64,000 nucleotides of DNA from a bacterium (lineage in GTDB: Bacteria; SAR324; NAC60-12). Location: the NCBI GenBank assembly GCA_965209155.1, contig OZ242383.1, forward strand, positions 2,720,001 to 2,784,000. Direction: 5' to 3'. Position numbers and translations under genes: made by a program. A model generated the notes under the pieces. The model was not told where the DNA came from. It was given only the letters and a program-made list of their open reading frames with translations, and did no database searches. Of the stretch, positions 40,678 to 50,167 are shown piece after piece (position 1 is the stretch's first letter; every line of letters begins with the position of its first letter).

Positions 40678-41658
40678 ATGAAAGTTTTATACATTGGCGG
40701 CACCGGCCAGATATCTTTTGACTGCATTCACCAAACCGTGAAAGCCGGTCATGAAGTGACCGTTTTTAACCGTGGCAAACACAATGCCGGCCTTCCGGAA
40801 TCGGTTGATTTTATCACCGGTGATTTTAATGATGACCGACAATATGCCCAGATCCTGGAACATGCCTTCGATGTGATCTGCCAGTTCCGCGTGTTTACGC
40901 CTGGAGAGATGAAAAGAGATCTGGAAATGCTCCAGGGGAAAAAATTACAATATATCTTTATTTCCACGGCCTCTGCTTATCACAGACCGGTCCAGCATTT
41001 TCCCATCACCGAAAAGACCCCCCTCCACAATTCTTTTTCACCGTACAGCAGTCAGAAAATTGATTGTGAAAAATTACTTCAAAGTCAACGTAGCCTGGGC
41101 TATACCATTGTCCGCCCCAGTCACACCAGTCGGACCATGTTTACCACGGCCATGGTGGAAGGGGACTTTGCCGCAAGCCGCATACTCCGGGACAAACCGG
41201 TCATTGTACCGGGGGACGGCACCAGCCTGTGGACCATCACTGCGGCAGAGGAGTTTGCCGTGCCGTTTACCCGGCTCATCGGCAACCGGCAGGCCCTGGG
41301 AGATTACTTCCATTTGACCAGTGACAACTATTACAGTTGGAATGAGATCTATACTGCCCTCGGCAGGGCCCTGGGAAAAGAAACCCGCCTGGTCCATGTT
41401 CCGTCGGATACGCTCATCAAATACTGCCCTGACTGGCAGTGGGCGCTCCATGGAGACAAGACCCATACAGCCATATTTGATAACACCAAAATCAAAAAAG
41501 TGGTCGGTGATTTTACCTGTAAAATCACACTGGATGAGTTTATGCTGCGCAGAGCCACCCTTTATCGGGACTCGGACCGTGTTGATCAAGCAATCGACAC
41601 CAAGCAGGAGGCTTTGTTTGACCGGATCATCAGAGAGCAGAATGCTTTGGGAAGCTAA
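40678..41658 (+). CDS. NAD-dependent epimerase/dehydratase (atypical SDR)
   Basis: IGGTGQIS, YIFISTAS, YSSQK and IVRPSH motifs. Confidence 0.88.
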   Translation: MKVLYIGGTGQISFDCIHQTVKAGHEVTVFNRGKHNAGLPESVDFITGDFNDDRQYAQILEHAFDVICQFRVFTPGEMKRDLEMLQGKKLQYIFISTASAYHRPVQHFPITEKTPLHNSFSPYSSQKIDCEKLLQSQRSLGYTIVRPSHTSRTMFTTAMVEGDFAASRILRDKPVIVPGDGTSLWTITAAEEFAVPFTRLIGNRQALGDYFHLTSDNYYSWNEIYTALGRALGKETRLVHVPSDTLIKYCPDWQWALHGDKTHTAIFDNTKIKKVVGDFTCKITLDEFMLRRATLYRDSDRVDQAIDTKQEALFDRIIREQNALGS

Positions 41659-41702
41659 AAAGGTGTTCCCACGAGGCGATTTAATTTAGAGGAAGGCAAG
41701 AC

Positions 41703-42016
41703 ATGAAAGTTTTGCTAACGGGAGGAGCTGGATTTTTAGGTACTCGGTTGGCACGCGCTTTGTTAGACAGAGGTGTTTTGACAGGGGTGACCGGCGAAGA
41801 AGAGGCCATCGATGAGTTGGTGCTCTTTGACTCGGTTGAGGGACCCGGGCTTTCTGAGGAAAAAGCAGGAGGCATCGTCGTCCGTCGTGTGGTTGGGGAT
41901 ATCTCGGACCAGGAAACCGTTCAGGGATTGCTCGACCGGGATAACCTGTCGGTCTTTCACCTGGCAGCAGTCCCCAGTACCATGGCGGCAGAGATGGATT
42001 TTGATCTCGCCATGCG
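41703..42016 (+). pseudogene. Truncated extended SDR (D-erythronate dehydrogenase-like), cut by the IS66 right-end fragment
   Basis: TGGAGFLG...VFHLAA..AE.DFDL; sequence switches to IS right-end DNA at 42017. Confidence 0.8.
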
Positions 42017-42261
42017 GCGGATCTCTCAGATTGATAGATTTTTAATTTTTTTTACGAACCCTGCATTTTTTTTATTTGGGGGTTGACATTATACTAAGTA
42101 TACTGCCAAAATCATGCCTTCCCTAAGTTGTTTTAGTGAAAGAGAGGGTTCCCGATTGATGGAACAATTTTGTGGGAAGACTTGAAAACGATCGGTCCTC
42201 TCCAGGAATCTTTTTTAATGATATTTAACTGAACGGGTTTTTCAGAGCCCTGAATAGTTAC
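42017..42261 (+). mobile_element. Solo diverged IS66 right end (245 bp)
   Basis: Aligns with about 27251-27500; ends CCTGAATAGTTAC. Confidence 0.9.
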
Positions 42262-42346
42262 GCCATTTTAATATAAATGACTCTACGCAACAGTCGACAG
42301 TATAGTCAGTCTTCATATACGCAAATCCGGTAATAGGAGGAAAATC

Positions 42347-43348
42347 ATGGCAGTTGAACACAGACGATTGGGTAATCATGGCACGCTGGTGAGCAACCTG
42401 TGTCTCGGTACGGTCAACTTAGGGACAGTGACCAATGAAAAAGATAGCTTTGCCATCATGGACCGGGCATTGGAAGTCGGGATCAATTTCTTTGACACCG
42501 CTAACGTTTATGGATACCAGTGGGGATATGGTCGCGTTGAGGAAACTATTGGACGTTGGTTCGCCCAGGGCGATGGTCGCAGAGATGCGGTGGTGCTGGC
42601 AAGCAAGGTTTACCAGGGTTTCAAGAAGGAGGGCCTGAGAGCGGAACCGAATCGACAGTCCGATTGCTATGGCGCCGTCAAAATTCGGCGAGAACTCGAG
42701 GGTTCATTGCGACGCTTGCAAACCGACATTATTGATCTTTACCAAATGCACCACATCGACCGGGAATGTCCCTGGGAGGAGACCTGGCAGGCTTTTGACA
42801 GTCTGGTGAAGCAAGGTAAAGTCAACTACATCGGCTCCTCCAACTATGCCGGTTGGGACATTGCCACCGCGTGTCAGGAAGCGTCCCGGCGTAACAGGAT
42901 GGGGCTGGTGAGCGAACAGTCGCGATACAACCTCTGTGTCCGTATGGTTGAATTGGAGGTGATCCCGGCTTGCCGGCATTATGGATTGGCCCTGATTCCT
43001 TATAGTCCTGTACACGGAGGCCGCCTCGGGGGAATCTTGCAAAAACCACCAAAGGGCGGTCGCAGGGAACATGATAAGGACTATGAAACATTCGTCACGA
43101 AACACCGAACTCAGCTCGAACGGTATGAAGCCCTTTGCAAAAAGTTGGGAGAAGAACCCGCTGTCATTGCCCAGGCCTGGCTCCTGCACAATCCGGCCGT
43201 GACTTCGATCATTATTGGTCCCCGTACCATGGAACAGTTGGAAAGTTCGGTGCGCGCTACCGGGATCACGCTGGACCAGGAGACCCTGGACAAACTGGAT
43301 GAAATCTGGCCTGGGCCGGGGCAAGCGCCCGAAGCCTATGCCTGGTAA
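42347..43348 (+). CDS. Aldo/keto reductase
   Basis: LCLGT, DTANVY, SLRRLQTD.IDLYQMH and YSP motifs. Confidence 0.95.
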   Translation: MAVEHRRLGNHGTLVSNLCLGTVNLGTVTNEKDSFAIMDRALEVGINFFDTANVYGYQWGYGRVEETIGRWFAQGDGRRDAVVLASKVYQGFKKEGLRAEPNRQSDCYGAVKIRRELEGSLRRLQTDIIDLYQMHHIDRECPWEETWQAFDSLVKQGKVNYIGSSNYAGWDIATACQEASRRNRMGLVSEQSRYNLCVRMVELEVIPACRHYGLALIPYSPVHGGRLGGILQKPPKGGRREHDKDYETFVTKHRTQLERYEALCKKLGEEPAVIAQAWLLHNPAVTSIIIGPRTMEQLESSVRATGITLDQETLDKLDEIWPGPGQAPEAYAW

Positions 43349-43864
43349 GAAACCCGAGTTCGACATACATCTTCAATTATTGATCAAGCCCGCGTGAAAG
43401 CGGTTCGATTAGGCTGATTTAACCGGATGCGGCATGAACCTGAACCTCTTGTTCCAAGCGGTCATCTGAACCGAGGACTTGAGATTAAGAACGTGGGAAC
43501 ATTGGGGTGCCGGTTGATTGAATGATACTCTCATTTTAACCTTTTGTCAAGAAATTTTTATACTTGAAACGGGTTAATTTCAGACTTTCATATCGTCCTG
43601 ACGGTTCACCGTGCAGCAAAAAGAAGGATCACGTTATTGCTCTTCCGTCTTTTGAATTAGATATTGTATAATCCCTCTGCAAATGATGGTCAAGGTTTTT
43701 TTGAACAGGGCGACTCATTCATGAGTGTCTACTGATGATCAACGAAAATATTTTTTCATATTGAGAGAAAGAAGTCAACATTGGCACTGTTCCATTCCCC
43801 GTAGACCGTTTCTAAAAATCCTTTGGGGAGGAGATGAGGTTTGCATGACTTTTTGGATCTAAAG

Positions 43865-44277
43865 GAAAATCAAAATTTTCGCAAGAACGAGTTCAGGATA
43901 TTTTTCGGTTTTTGCGGATGATGTTTAGAGGTTTTTGGGGTAGATTCGAGTTTTTAAGGATATTGCCGGACGTATTTCGTGTTTTTCAGGATTCTTCTTC
44001 CTGTTCGTGCACTGGTGGCGCTCTTTGTGTTTCTTCTCCAATGTGCTTTAATATTTTCTTCACTTCGTGATAGTCGGTAATAAAGGCGATGATTTTCATC
44101 TCCTTACCGCATTTGGGGTATGTCAGGGAATTATCGTCGAAGATTTTATGGATTAACCGTGCCCAGGTGAAATTTGCTTTGGCGGTACCTTTTAGCTCTT
44201 CTGTCTCAATTTTTTGCTCCCCTGTCTTTGCTTTTTCTTTGTTTTCCTTCCCTCGATAGGAACTGCTGTAAACTCCA
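43865..44277 (-). mobile_element. IS91/ISCR-like transposase 3' fragment with oriIS-like end, copy 1
   Basis: WARLIHKIF...(C/Y)PKCGKEMKIIAFI...KILKHIG..RAPP; about 413-bp direct repeat with 45674-46085. Confidence 0.7.
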
Positions 44278-44497
44278 ATAAAAATTAGGACCATAATTGT
44301 CGAAATAGGTTCTATTCAAATCAGCAATGTGTGTAACATTTCTATTGTAAGAATGATTTTTGTTTTTGCGAGCAAGAACAACAACAAACTGCCCCAAAGG
44401 CATATTAATATCAATATCTTGTCTATCGTCTGGACCATATATAGCTTTTGGAGTGATTCTTCTTTCGGTTTCTATGACTGATTCCTTAATTATTAAT

Positions 44498-45254
44498 GGC
44501 TCAGTTTGCATTAAATATTGAGAAGTTTGTTGAATCTCTCATTCTGAGTCCTTTAAGCGCTAAATTCTTTATAGGAGAAAGAGATGGATCATACTGAATT
44601 CAAAGAATATCTTTCACGTCTTGGGGAGTTGAGTCTAACACAAAAAGGAAGCTGTCTCATGTTTTGCGAATCAAGGATGAAGACGAGTCAGTGGTAGAGA
44701 AACTTGAGAAGCGCTTCAGCGGGGACGAGCACTGTCCCCATTGCAAGCATAATCAATTTCAAAGGTGGGGAAGATCACAGGGAATGTAACGCTACCGTTG
44801 TAATAGCTGCCAGAAGATTTTCAACGCAGCCACTGGAACACCCTTGGCTCGCCTGCGGAAAAAGGAGAAGTGGCTGGAGTTTTCCAAGGAGATGGTTGAG
44901 GGCTTGAGTGTCCGCATAGCGGCCAGAAAATGCGGGATCGACACCACCACTAGTTTCCGCTGGCGTCACCGATTCCTGCGTGGTTTGAGGGACAAGACTG
45001 AGAACGTCGCGCATGTCCGACTGATCGCCTCCAATGAGAGCAGAGTCATTAACAAGGTCTATCACATTCAAAATGCCAACGCATATGACAGCCGATTAAA
45101 AGGATGGATGCACCGATTCAATAGGGTTGCAACAAAATACCTCCCCAATTACTTGGGATGGAGGCGATGCCTTGAAAAACAGGGAAATTCAATCGCACCG
45201 CTGACCTATCTCAACTGTGCTTTGGAGTGACCAATACTAAACACAAATAGAGCC
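44498..45254 (+). mobile_element. IS1595-family element, internally deleted and frameshifted
   Basis: IRs GGCTCAGTTTGCATTAAATATTG and GGCTCTATTTGTGTTTAGTATTG; 8-bp TSD TTATTAAT on both sides; CPHC..RYRC..C Zn ribbon, FRWRHR and YHIQN.N....RLK...F..VATKYL.NYL motifs. Confidence 0.9.
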
Positions 45255-45302
45255 TTATTAATTGAGTTGCAAAAAAAACTAAAATGATGTAATATTGGTT
45301 CC

Positions 45303-45650
45303 ATGAATGCAAAATTTTTATTTTTTATTCTTATTTTTTTTATTTCCTTTGATTTTTTAGTTGAGGCCAAACAAAAAAAAAGACTTCATACAACAAGCAG
45401 AAATCTTTCCTCAAACTTTATTTTTCAGGAAAGTAAAAAGGATGTTGAGTTGATTCTATCAAAATTTGGTGACGATGAAGCGATGAAACTTAATGCCATA
45501 CTGAGGGTAGATAACAATACTTATCAAGTTCAGATAGTAATATCAAACAATCATTGTAATGCCTATCGTTTAAGAGTGAATAGAAAAGCCAAAACAGCAA
45601 GTTTTTTAAAAGGACACTTTGATTGCATAAAATTTGAGGAAGATCTCTAG
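45303..45650 (+). CDS. Hypothetical exported protein
   Basis: AT-rich ORF with a hydrophobic N-terminal signal-like segment; no family recognised. Confidence 0.45.
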   Translation: MNAKFLFFILIFFISFDFLVEAKQKKRLHTTSRNLSSNFIFQESKKDVELILSKFGDDEAMKLNAILRVDNNTYQVQIVISNNHCNAYRLRVNRKAKTASFLKGHFDCIKFEEDL

Positions 45651-45673
45651 TCGTGTCCAAAAAGTATCTATAA

Positions 45674-46141
45674 GAAAATCAAAAATTTCGCAAGAACGAG
45701 TTCAGGATATTTTTTGGTTTTTGCGGATGATGTTTAGAGGTTTTGGGGTAGATTCGAGTTTTAAAGGATATTGCCGGACGTATTTCGTGTTTTTCAGGAT
45801 TCTTCTTCCTGTTCGTGCATTGGTGGCGCTCTTTGTGTTTCTTCTCCAATGTGCTTTAATATTTTCTTCACTTCGTGATAGTCGGTAATAAAGGCGATGA
45901 TTTTCATCTCCTTACCGCATTTGGGGCATGTCAGGGAATTTTCGTCGAAGATTTTATGGATTAACCGTGCCCAGGTGGAATTTGCTTTGGCGGTACCTTT
46001 TAGCTCTTCTGTCTCAATTTTTTGCTCCCCTGTCTTTGTTTTTTCTTTGTTTTCCTTCCCTCGATAGGAACTGCTGTAAACTCCATCGTAAAAAGCCACT
46101 GTTTCGTATGGTGAGGGAATATGCCCGGCTACCAGAGCCAT
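45674..46141 (-). mobile_element. IS91/ISCR-like transposase 3' fragment with oriIS-like end, copy 2
   Basis: HIPSP..TV.FY.GVYSS..RG and WARLI...CPKCG; end sequence TTTGATTTTCTTATAG on the - strand. Confidence 0.72.
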
Positions 46142-46160
46142 AAATTCAAGAACCGAATAA

Positions 46161-46400
46161 GTGGCCTTTTTTCCTAATAATGATGAATTTACCCTGAATT
46201 ACGTAACAGAATTAATTTTTCAGCAAGGATATTTTTCAGGATGGATCCGCGGACACCATCGATTTGGTCTTATGTTTAAAGAGCAAATCGGTTATCGTTT
46301 AGATCAGGATGGTAATATTCTTCCGCTCCATTATGCGGAAATGAAAATCAATAGAAGAAAGGTATATCATGTCATCCCACGTACAAAACCAAGTACATGA
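46161..46400 (+). pseudogene. Hypothetical, 5'-truncated ORF; possible toxin C-terminal domain
   Basis: Ends in YHVIPR; overlaps the next small gene; abuts the IS91-like fragment. Confidence 0.3.
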
Positions 46401-46626
46401 AGAGAATAAGTTAACCGGAGTATATGAATATTGGGTCGATGAAACAGCTTATCCTCCTTATGTCCTAATCGTTGGCAATGAGGATAAACAGTTTAAAGTT
46501 TATGATCCCAAAGAGAACTATGAAGTAACCTATAGTTCGCCAACTTATGCGGATGTTGTTCATTGGCTGCATGAAGATGAATATATTCGTGTATCGAAAG
46601 CGGTACAATGGGATATTGCCGCATAA
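46369..46626 (+). CDS. Small acidic hypothetical protein (possible immunity protein)
   Basis: GAAAGG RBS; 85 aa, rich in aromatic and acidic residues. Confidence 0.5.
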   Translation: MSSHVQNQVHEENKLTGVYEYWVDETAYPPYVLIVGNEDKQFKVYDPKENYEVTYSSPTYADVVHWLHEDEYIRVSKAVQWDIAA

Positions 46627-46857
46627 TTAGCATACTGAATTTTGCCGCATCAGAAAAGTGAGAGCTCTACAAGATGCTTCAGCAGACTCCCACCACAGCC
46701 GGTTTGATCAACGAGCTTGGTTGAAGAAAAAGTCCATTTCTCCCATCTCGTCTTTGGTGGGAGACTGTTGATCGTGACGTTTTGCTTCCCCAATAAAATC
46801 AGCTCTTCTTCATACATTTCCGTTGCCAGCTATAGCACCTAGTGATATAGTAATAAA

Positions 46858-46941
46858 ATGAAAAAACTAATGACCAAACACTTCTCAAAATGGGCTTCGA
46901 AACAAGATTTATCACTGGAAGATCTCTCTAACGCTCTCGAT
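46858..46941 (+). pseudogene. N-terminal stub of a RelE-like (DUF1044-type) toxin
   Basis: MKKLMTKHFSKWASKQDLSLEDLSNAL, cut at the stop of the opposing PhyH gene. Confidence 0.55.
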
Positions 46942-46942
46942 T

Positions 46943-47947
46943 TCAGGCCTCCTCCACAGGGACATAGTTCAGGTACAAATGGTCCTTGGTGGTGGGGTCT
47001 TTTACGATGCGATACTGCTGTCCATGGATGGAGACCGGCTCCTCAAAAATTTGGGACCAGGTCTTATCAGTGGCGCGCTCACGCCAGGGGAACACCCCGC
47101 GAGTATCACTGTAGCCCCAGATATCTTCGAGGTTGAGCAATTTACGAAAGCGCACCCCATTGCGGGCAATCATTTCATCGCTGATCCGGCCTTGGAAGTT
47201 CTCCTGCAAACGGTAATGGAACGCACCAAAAAACAAGCTCAGGCTGAGCCGTAATCCCGGATTTTCCCGGGGAAACGCCCCATGCCACACGTTGCCATGG
47301 AACACCAGGACGGAGCCGGCAGGGGCTTCGACCGGAACCGCCTCCTCCACCCCCTCACCAGGTTTGGGTTTACGGCGGAGTTTGTGGGAGCCCGGAACAA
47401 CGCAAAAAGCGCCATTGGCTTTAGTGTAGTCGGTGAGAATCCAATTGGTGTTGAAACACTGGGGAGGATCCGGCAAATAGGTCCCTTGAAACAGGTGGTC
47501 GTCGGCATGAAGGCCCAGGTTCTTCCCATAGCCCTCAGGATCCTGCCATTTGATGAAAGCGCAGAGGGAAGAGAGCAGACAGGTATGGCCCAAGTAGTGT
47601 TCCACCAGGGGCAGGGTCATCGGGTGTTGAATGATTTTTTCAAAAGCGGGATCTTCCTCGAGAATGGAAACCAGGAGAAATTGATGCTGATAGGAGGCCA
47701 TGATGTCGAGGTTACCGTGGGCCCCTGTCTCCAGGTCGTGCTTGACACCGGTGCGCTCTTCGGCAATTCGGAGAACGGCTGCCCGGCATTGCTCCACAAG
47801 GTCCGGCTCGCCGATCTGCTCAGGAGTGATCACGGTCAATCCATAAGCATCGAGTTCTTCCAGGTTTTTGGTGAGCCCGCGTTCCCTGATCACTTGATAG
47901 GTCGAAGGCATGGTTGTCGCTTGGTTTTTCCAGTCTTGAGTCATCAT
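46943..47947 (-). CDS. PhyH-family dioxygenase
   Basis: LHAD, WILTDYT..NGA..VPGSH and WHG motifs. Confidence 0.9.
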   Translation of the reverse strand: MMTQDWKNQATTMPSTYQVIRERGLTKNLEELDAYGLTVITPEQIGEPDLVEQCRAAVLRIAEERTGVKHDLETGAHGNLDIMASYQHQFLLVSILEEDPAFEKIIQHPMTLPLVEHYLGHTCLLSSLCAFIKWQDPEGYGKNLGLHADDHLFQGTYLPDPPQCFNTNWILTDYTKANGAFCVVPGSHKLRRKPKPGEGVEEAVPVEAPAGSVLVFHGNVWHGAFPRENPGLRLSLSLFFGAFHYRLQENFQGRISDEMIARNGVRFRKLLNLEDIWGYSDTRGVFPWRERATDKTWSQIFEEPVSIHGQQYRIVKDPTTKDHLYLNYVPVEEA

Positions 47948-47959
47948 GGACTTCCTTTC

Positions 47960-48904
47960 TTATAAAGATCGTTTTTCTCGCATATCGTTAAAGACCGTCT
48001 GTCGTTCATTTTCCGTCATGGTGTCCCAGGCCTCCCGGAGGTAGTAGGGAATGGGACCCCGTTCGTCGGTCCATCCCCAGACATCCTCATAGCCCACCAG
48101 GACGCGAAAGCGCTCACCGTTGCGGGCAAGCATTTCCTCGGTGATCCGTCCCTGAAAGTTTTCCTGACAACGAAAATGCCGCCCACAATAATAAGTATTG
48201 ACCGACAAGCGAATGCCGGGAGTGAGACGGGGAAATGCGCCATGCCAGACATTGCCGTGAAAGACGATGGCTGACCCGGCTGGTGCTTCCACGGGGATCG
48301 CGTCTTCGACGCCTTCTCCGGGTTCGGGATGCCGGCAGAGTTTGTGGGAGCCGGGCACGATACAAAAAGCGCCATTCTCTTTGGTATAGTCCGTGAGAAT
48401 CCAATTGCAATTGAAAGTATGAGGCACCACTCCCGGCAAAGGCCCATCATACAATCGCGTATCGTCATGCAGACCCAGGGTTTTCCCATAACCTTCGGGC
48501 TCCTGCCATTTGAGGAAGGAAACCAGCGAGGACAATTGGCATCGAGTTCCCAGAAAGTACTCAATCAGGGGCAGGGTTTTCGGGTGTTGAATGATCTCCT
48601 CAAAGACGCGATCGTGCTCCAGTAAGGCAAAGAGCAAGTACTGCCCTTTGTTGGCGCCAATATTGTGGAGCCGTCCATGGGCGCCGGTTTCGAGGTCGTG
48701 CTTGACACCCGTACGCTCCTCAGCCAAGCGGAGCAGCGCCGCCCGGGCACGCTCCAAAAGGCTGGGATCTCCCAGTTCTTCGGGAAGAAGAACCGTCAAA
48801 CCATAGGCATGCAATTCTTCAAGATGCTCGCTCAGTCCCCGTTCTTTGATCATTTGGTAAGCCGGGGATATGGTTTTCAGTTGAGGCCAATTTTGCGTTG
48901 TCAT
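47960..48904 (-). CDS. PhyH-family dioxygenase
   Basis: LHDD, VPGSH and WHG motifs. Confidence 0.9.
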   Translation of the reverse strand: MTTQNWPQLKTISPAYQMIKERGLSEHLEELHAYGLTVLLPEELGDPSLLERARAALLRLAEERTGVKHDLETGAHGRLHNIGANKGQYLLFALLEHDRVFEEIIQHPKTLPLIEYFLGTRCQLSSLVSFLKWQEPEGYGKTLGLHDDTRLYDGPLPGVVPHTFNCNWILTDYTKENGAFCIVPGSHKLCRHPEPGEGVEDAIPVEAPAGSAIVFHGNVWHGAFPRLTPGIRLSVNTYYCGRHFRCQENFQGRITEEMLARNGERFRVLVGYEDVWGWTDERGPIPYYLREAWDTMTENERQTVFNDMREKRSL

Positions 48905-49050
48905 ATTGGTTTCCTTGTATTGCGTTGGGTGTCTTCCCGAATAAAAGTGAGGGATCTTTAAGAATTCCGCAATTTTTTGGAGATTTCTCCCTATTTGTTC
49001 GAGATGACGAAATTCAGGTTTTTACCGGATTCCTATTTTAATTTTTATAA

Positions 49051-49135
49051 AGGGTAGCGGAGTGTTTTCTCCATTGTCATTCCGGCCCCGAGCCGGAATC
49101 CATTCCTTCAATCCTCGATTTCTGGATCCGGGACC
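49051..49135. repeat. REP-like palindromic element
   Basis: GGGTAGCGGAG...GTCATTCCGGCCCCGAGCCGGAATCC; same family as the arrays at 53.2-53.5 and 55.6-56.0 kb. Confidence 0.8.
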
Positions 49136-49197
49136 GGGAAGACACATCCATAGAGATTAACTCTTGGATATTATATGAATAAATACTCCGTCACTAC

Positions 49198-50151
49198 TTA
49201 TTTTATTTTTACAGAAATGTTTTTATATAGTTCATCTTTGGCTGCCTGCCTTTCACTATTGTTGAGGGATTCCCAGTTGTCACGGAGGCAATAGGGAACC
49301 GGTCCTCGTTTGTCCTTCCATCCCCAAGGATCGTCATAGTTCAGCAGTTGGCGAAAGCGGGCATTGTTGCGAGCCAGCATTTCTTCACTGATCCGGCCTT
49401 GAAAGTCTTCCTGAACCCGGAAATGCCGGCCGCAATAGTATGCATTGACCGACAGACGCAGACCCGGGTTGATCCGGGGGAACGCCCCATGCCAGACATT
49501 GCCGTGAAAGACCAGGACCGATCCGGCTTCCGCTTCAATCGGGACCGCGTCTTCGACGCCCTCTCCGGGTTTGGGATGTCTGCAAAGTTTGTGGGAGCCG
49601 GGCACAATGCAAAAAGCGCCGTTGTCTTTGGTGTAGTCGGTGAGAATCCAATTGGTATTGAAGGTATGAGGCACCACCCCTGGCAGAGGACCATCATACA
49701 ACCCCGTATCGTCGTGCAAACCGAGCCCTTCTCCGTAACCGTGAGGATTCTGCCATTTGACGAAACAGGTGAGCGAGGACAACTGACAGGCGGTTCCAAT
49801 AAAGTATTCCACCAGGGGAAGGGTCATCTTATGCTGGATGATTTCTTCGAAAACCCGGTCACTCTCCAGAAAGGCAAAGATCAGGTATTGACTGTCATTG
49901 GAACCCACCGCATCGAATACGCCATGTACTCCGCTGTCGATATCGTGTTTGACGCCCGTTCGGTCCTCGGTAAGTTCAAGGATCGCTGCCCGGGCGCGTT
50001 CCAGGATGCTGGGGTCTCCTATTTTTTCAGGAGGAATGACGGTCAATCCAAAGGCTTGCAGCTCTTCCAGGTGTTCGGCAAGCCCCCGTTCTTTGATCAA
50101 ATGATAGGCGGGGGAAACGGTATTCAATTGAGTCCAGTTTTGCGTTGTCAT
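49198..50151 (-). CDS. PhyH-family dioxygenase (close paralog of 47960-48904)
   Basis: LHDD, VPGSH and WHG motifs. Confidence 0.9.
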   Translation of the reverse strand: MTTQNWTQLNTVSPAYHLIKERGLAEHLEELQAFGLTVIPPEKIGDPSILERARAAILELTEDRTGVKHDIDSGVHGVFDAVGSNDSQYLIFAFLESDRVFEEIIQHKMTLPLVEYFIGTACQLSSLTCFVKWQNPHGYGEGLGLHDDTGLYDGPLPGVVPHTFNTNWILTDYTKDNGAFCIVPGSHKLCRHPKPGEGVEDAVPIEAEAGSVLVFHGNVWHGAFPRINPGLRLSVNAYYCGRHFRVQEDFQGRISEEMLARNNARFRQLLNYDDPWGWKDKRGPVPYCLRDNWESLNNSERQAAKDELYKNISVKIK

Positions 50152-50167
50152 GTTAACTCCTTCTGGT

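Larger units (their letters stand above)
26071..42261 (+). mobile_element. Composite IS66-bounded segment of about 16.2 kb with cargo
   Basis: GCCATTTT precedes the IRL (26063-26070) and follows the distal IRR (42262-42269); the inner IRR at 27500 is not followed by it. Confidence 0.8.

Noticed and set aside
44206..44511. 101-aa ORF as an intact gene
   Set aside because: Its start lies in the IS1595 IR and its end in the IS91-like fragment; only the middle may be a real gene fragment.
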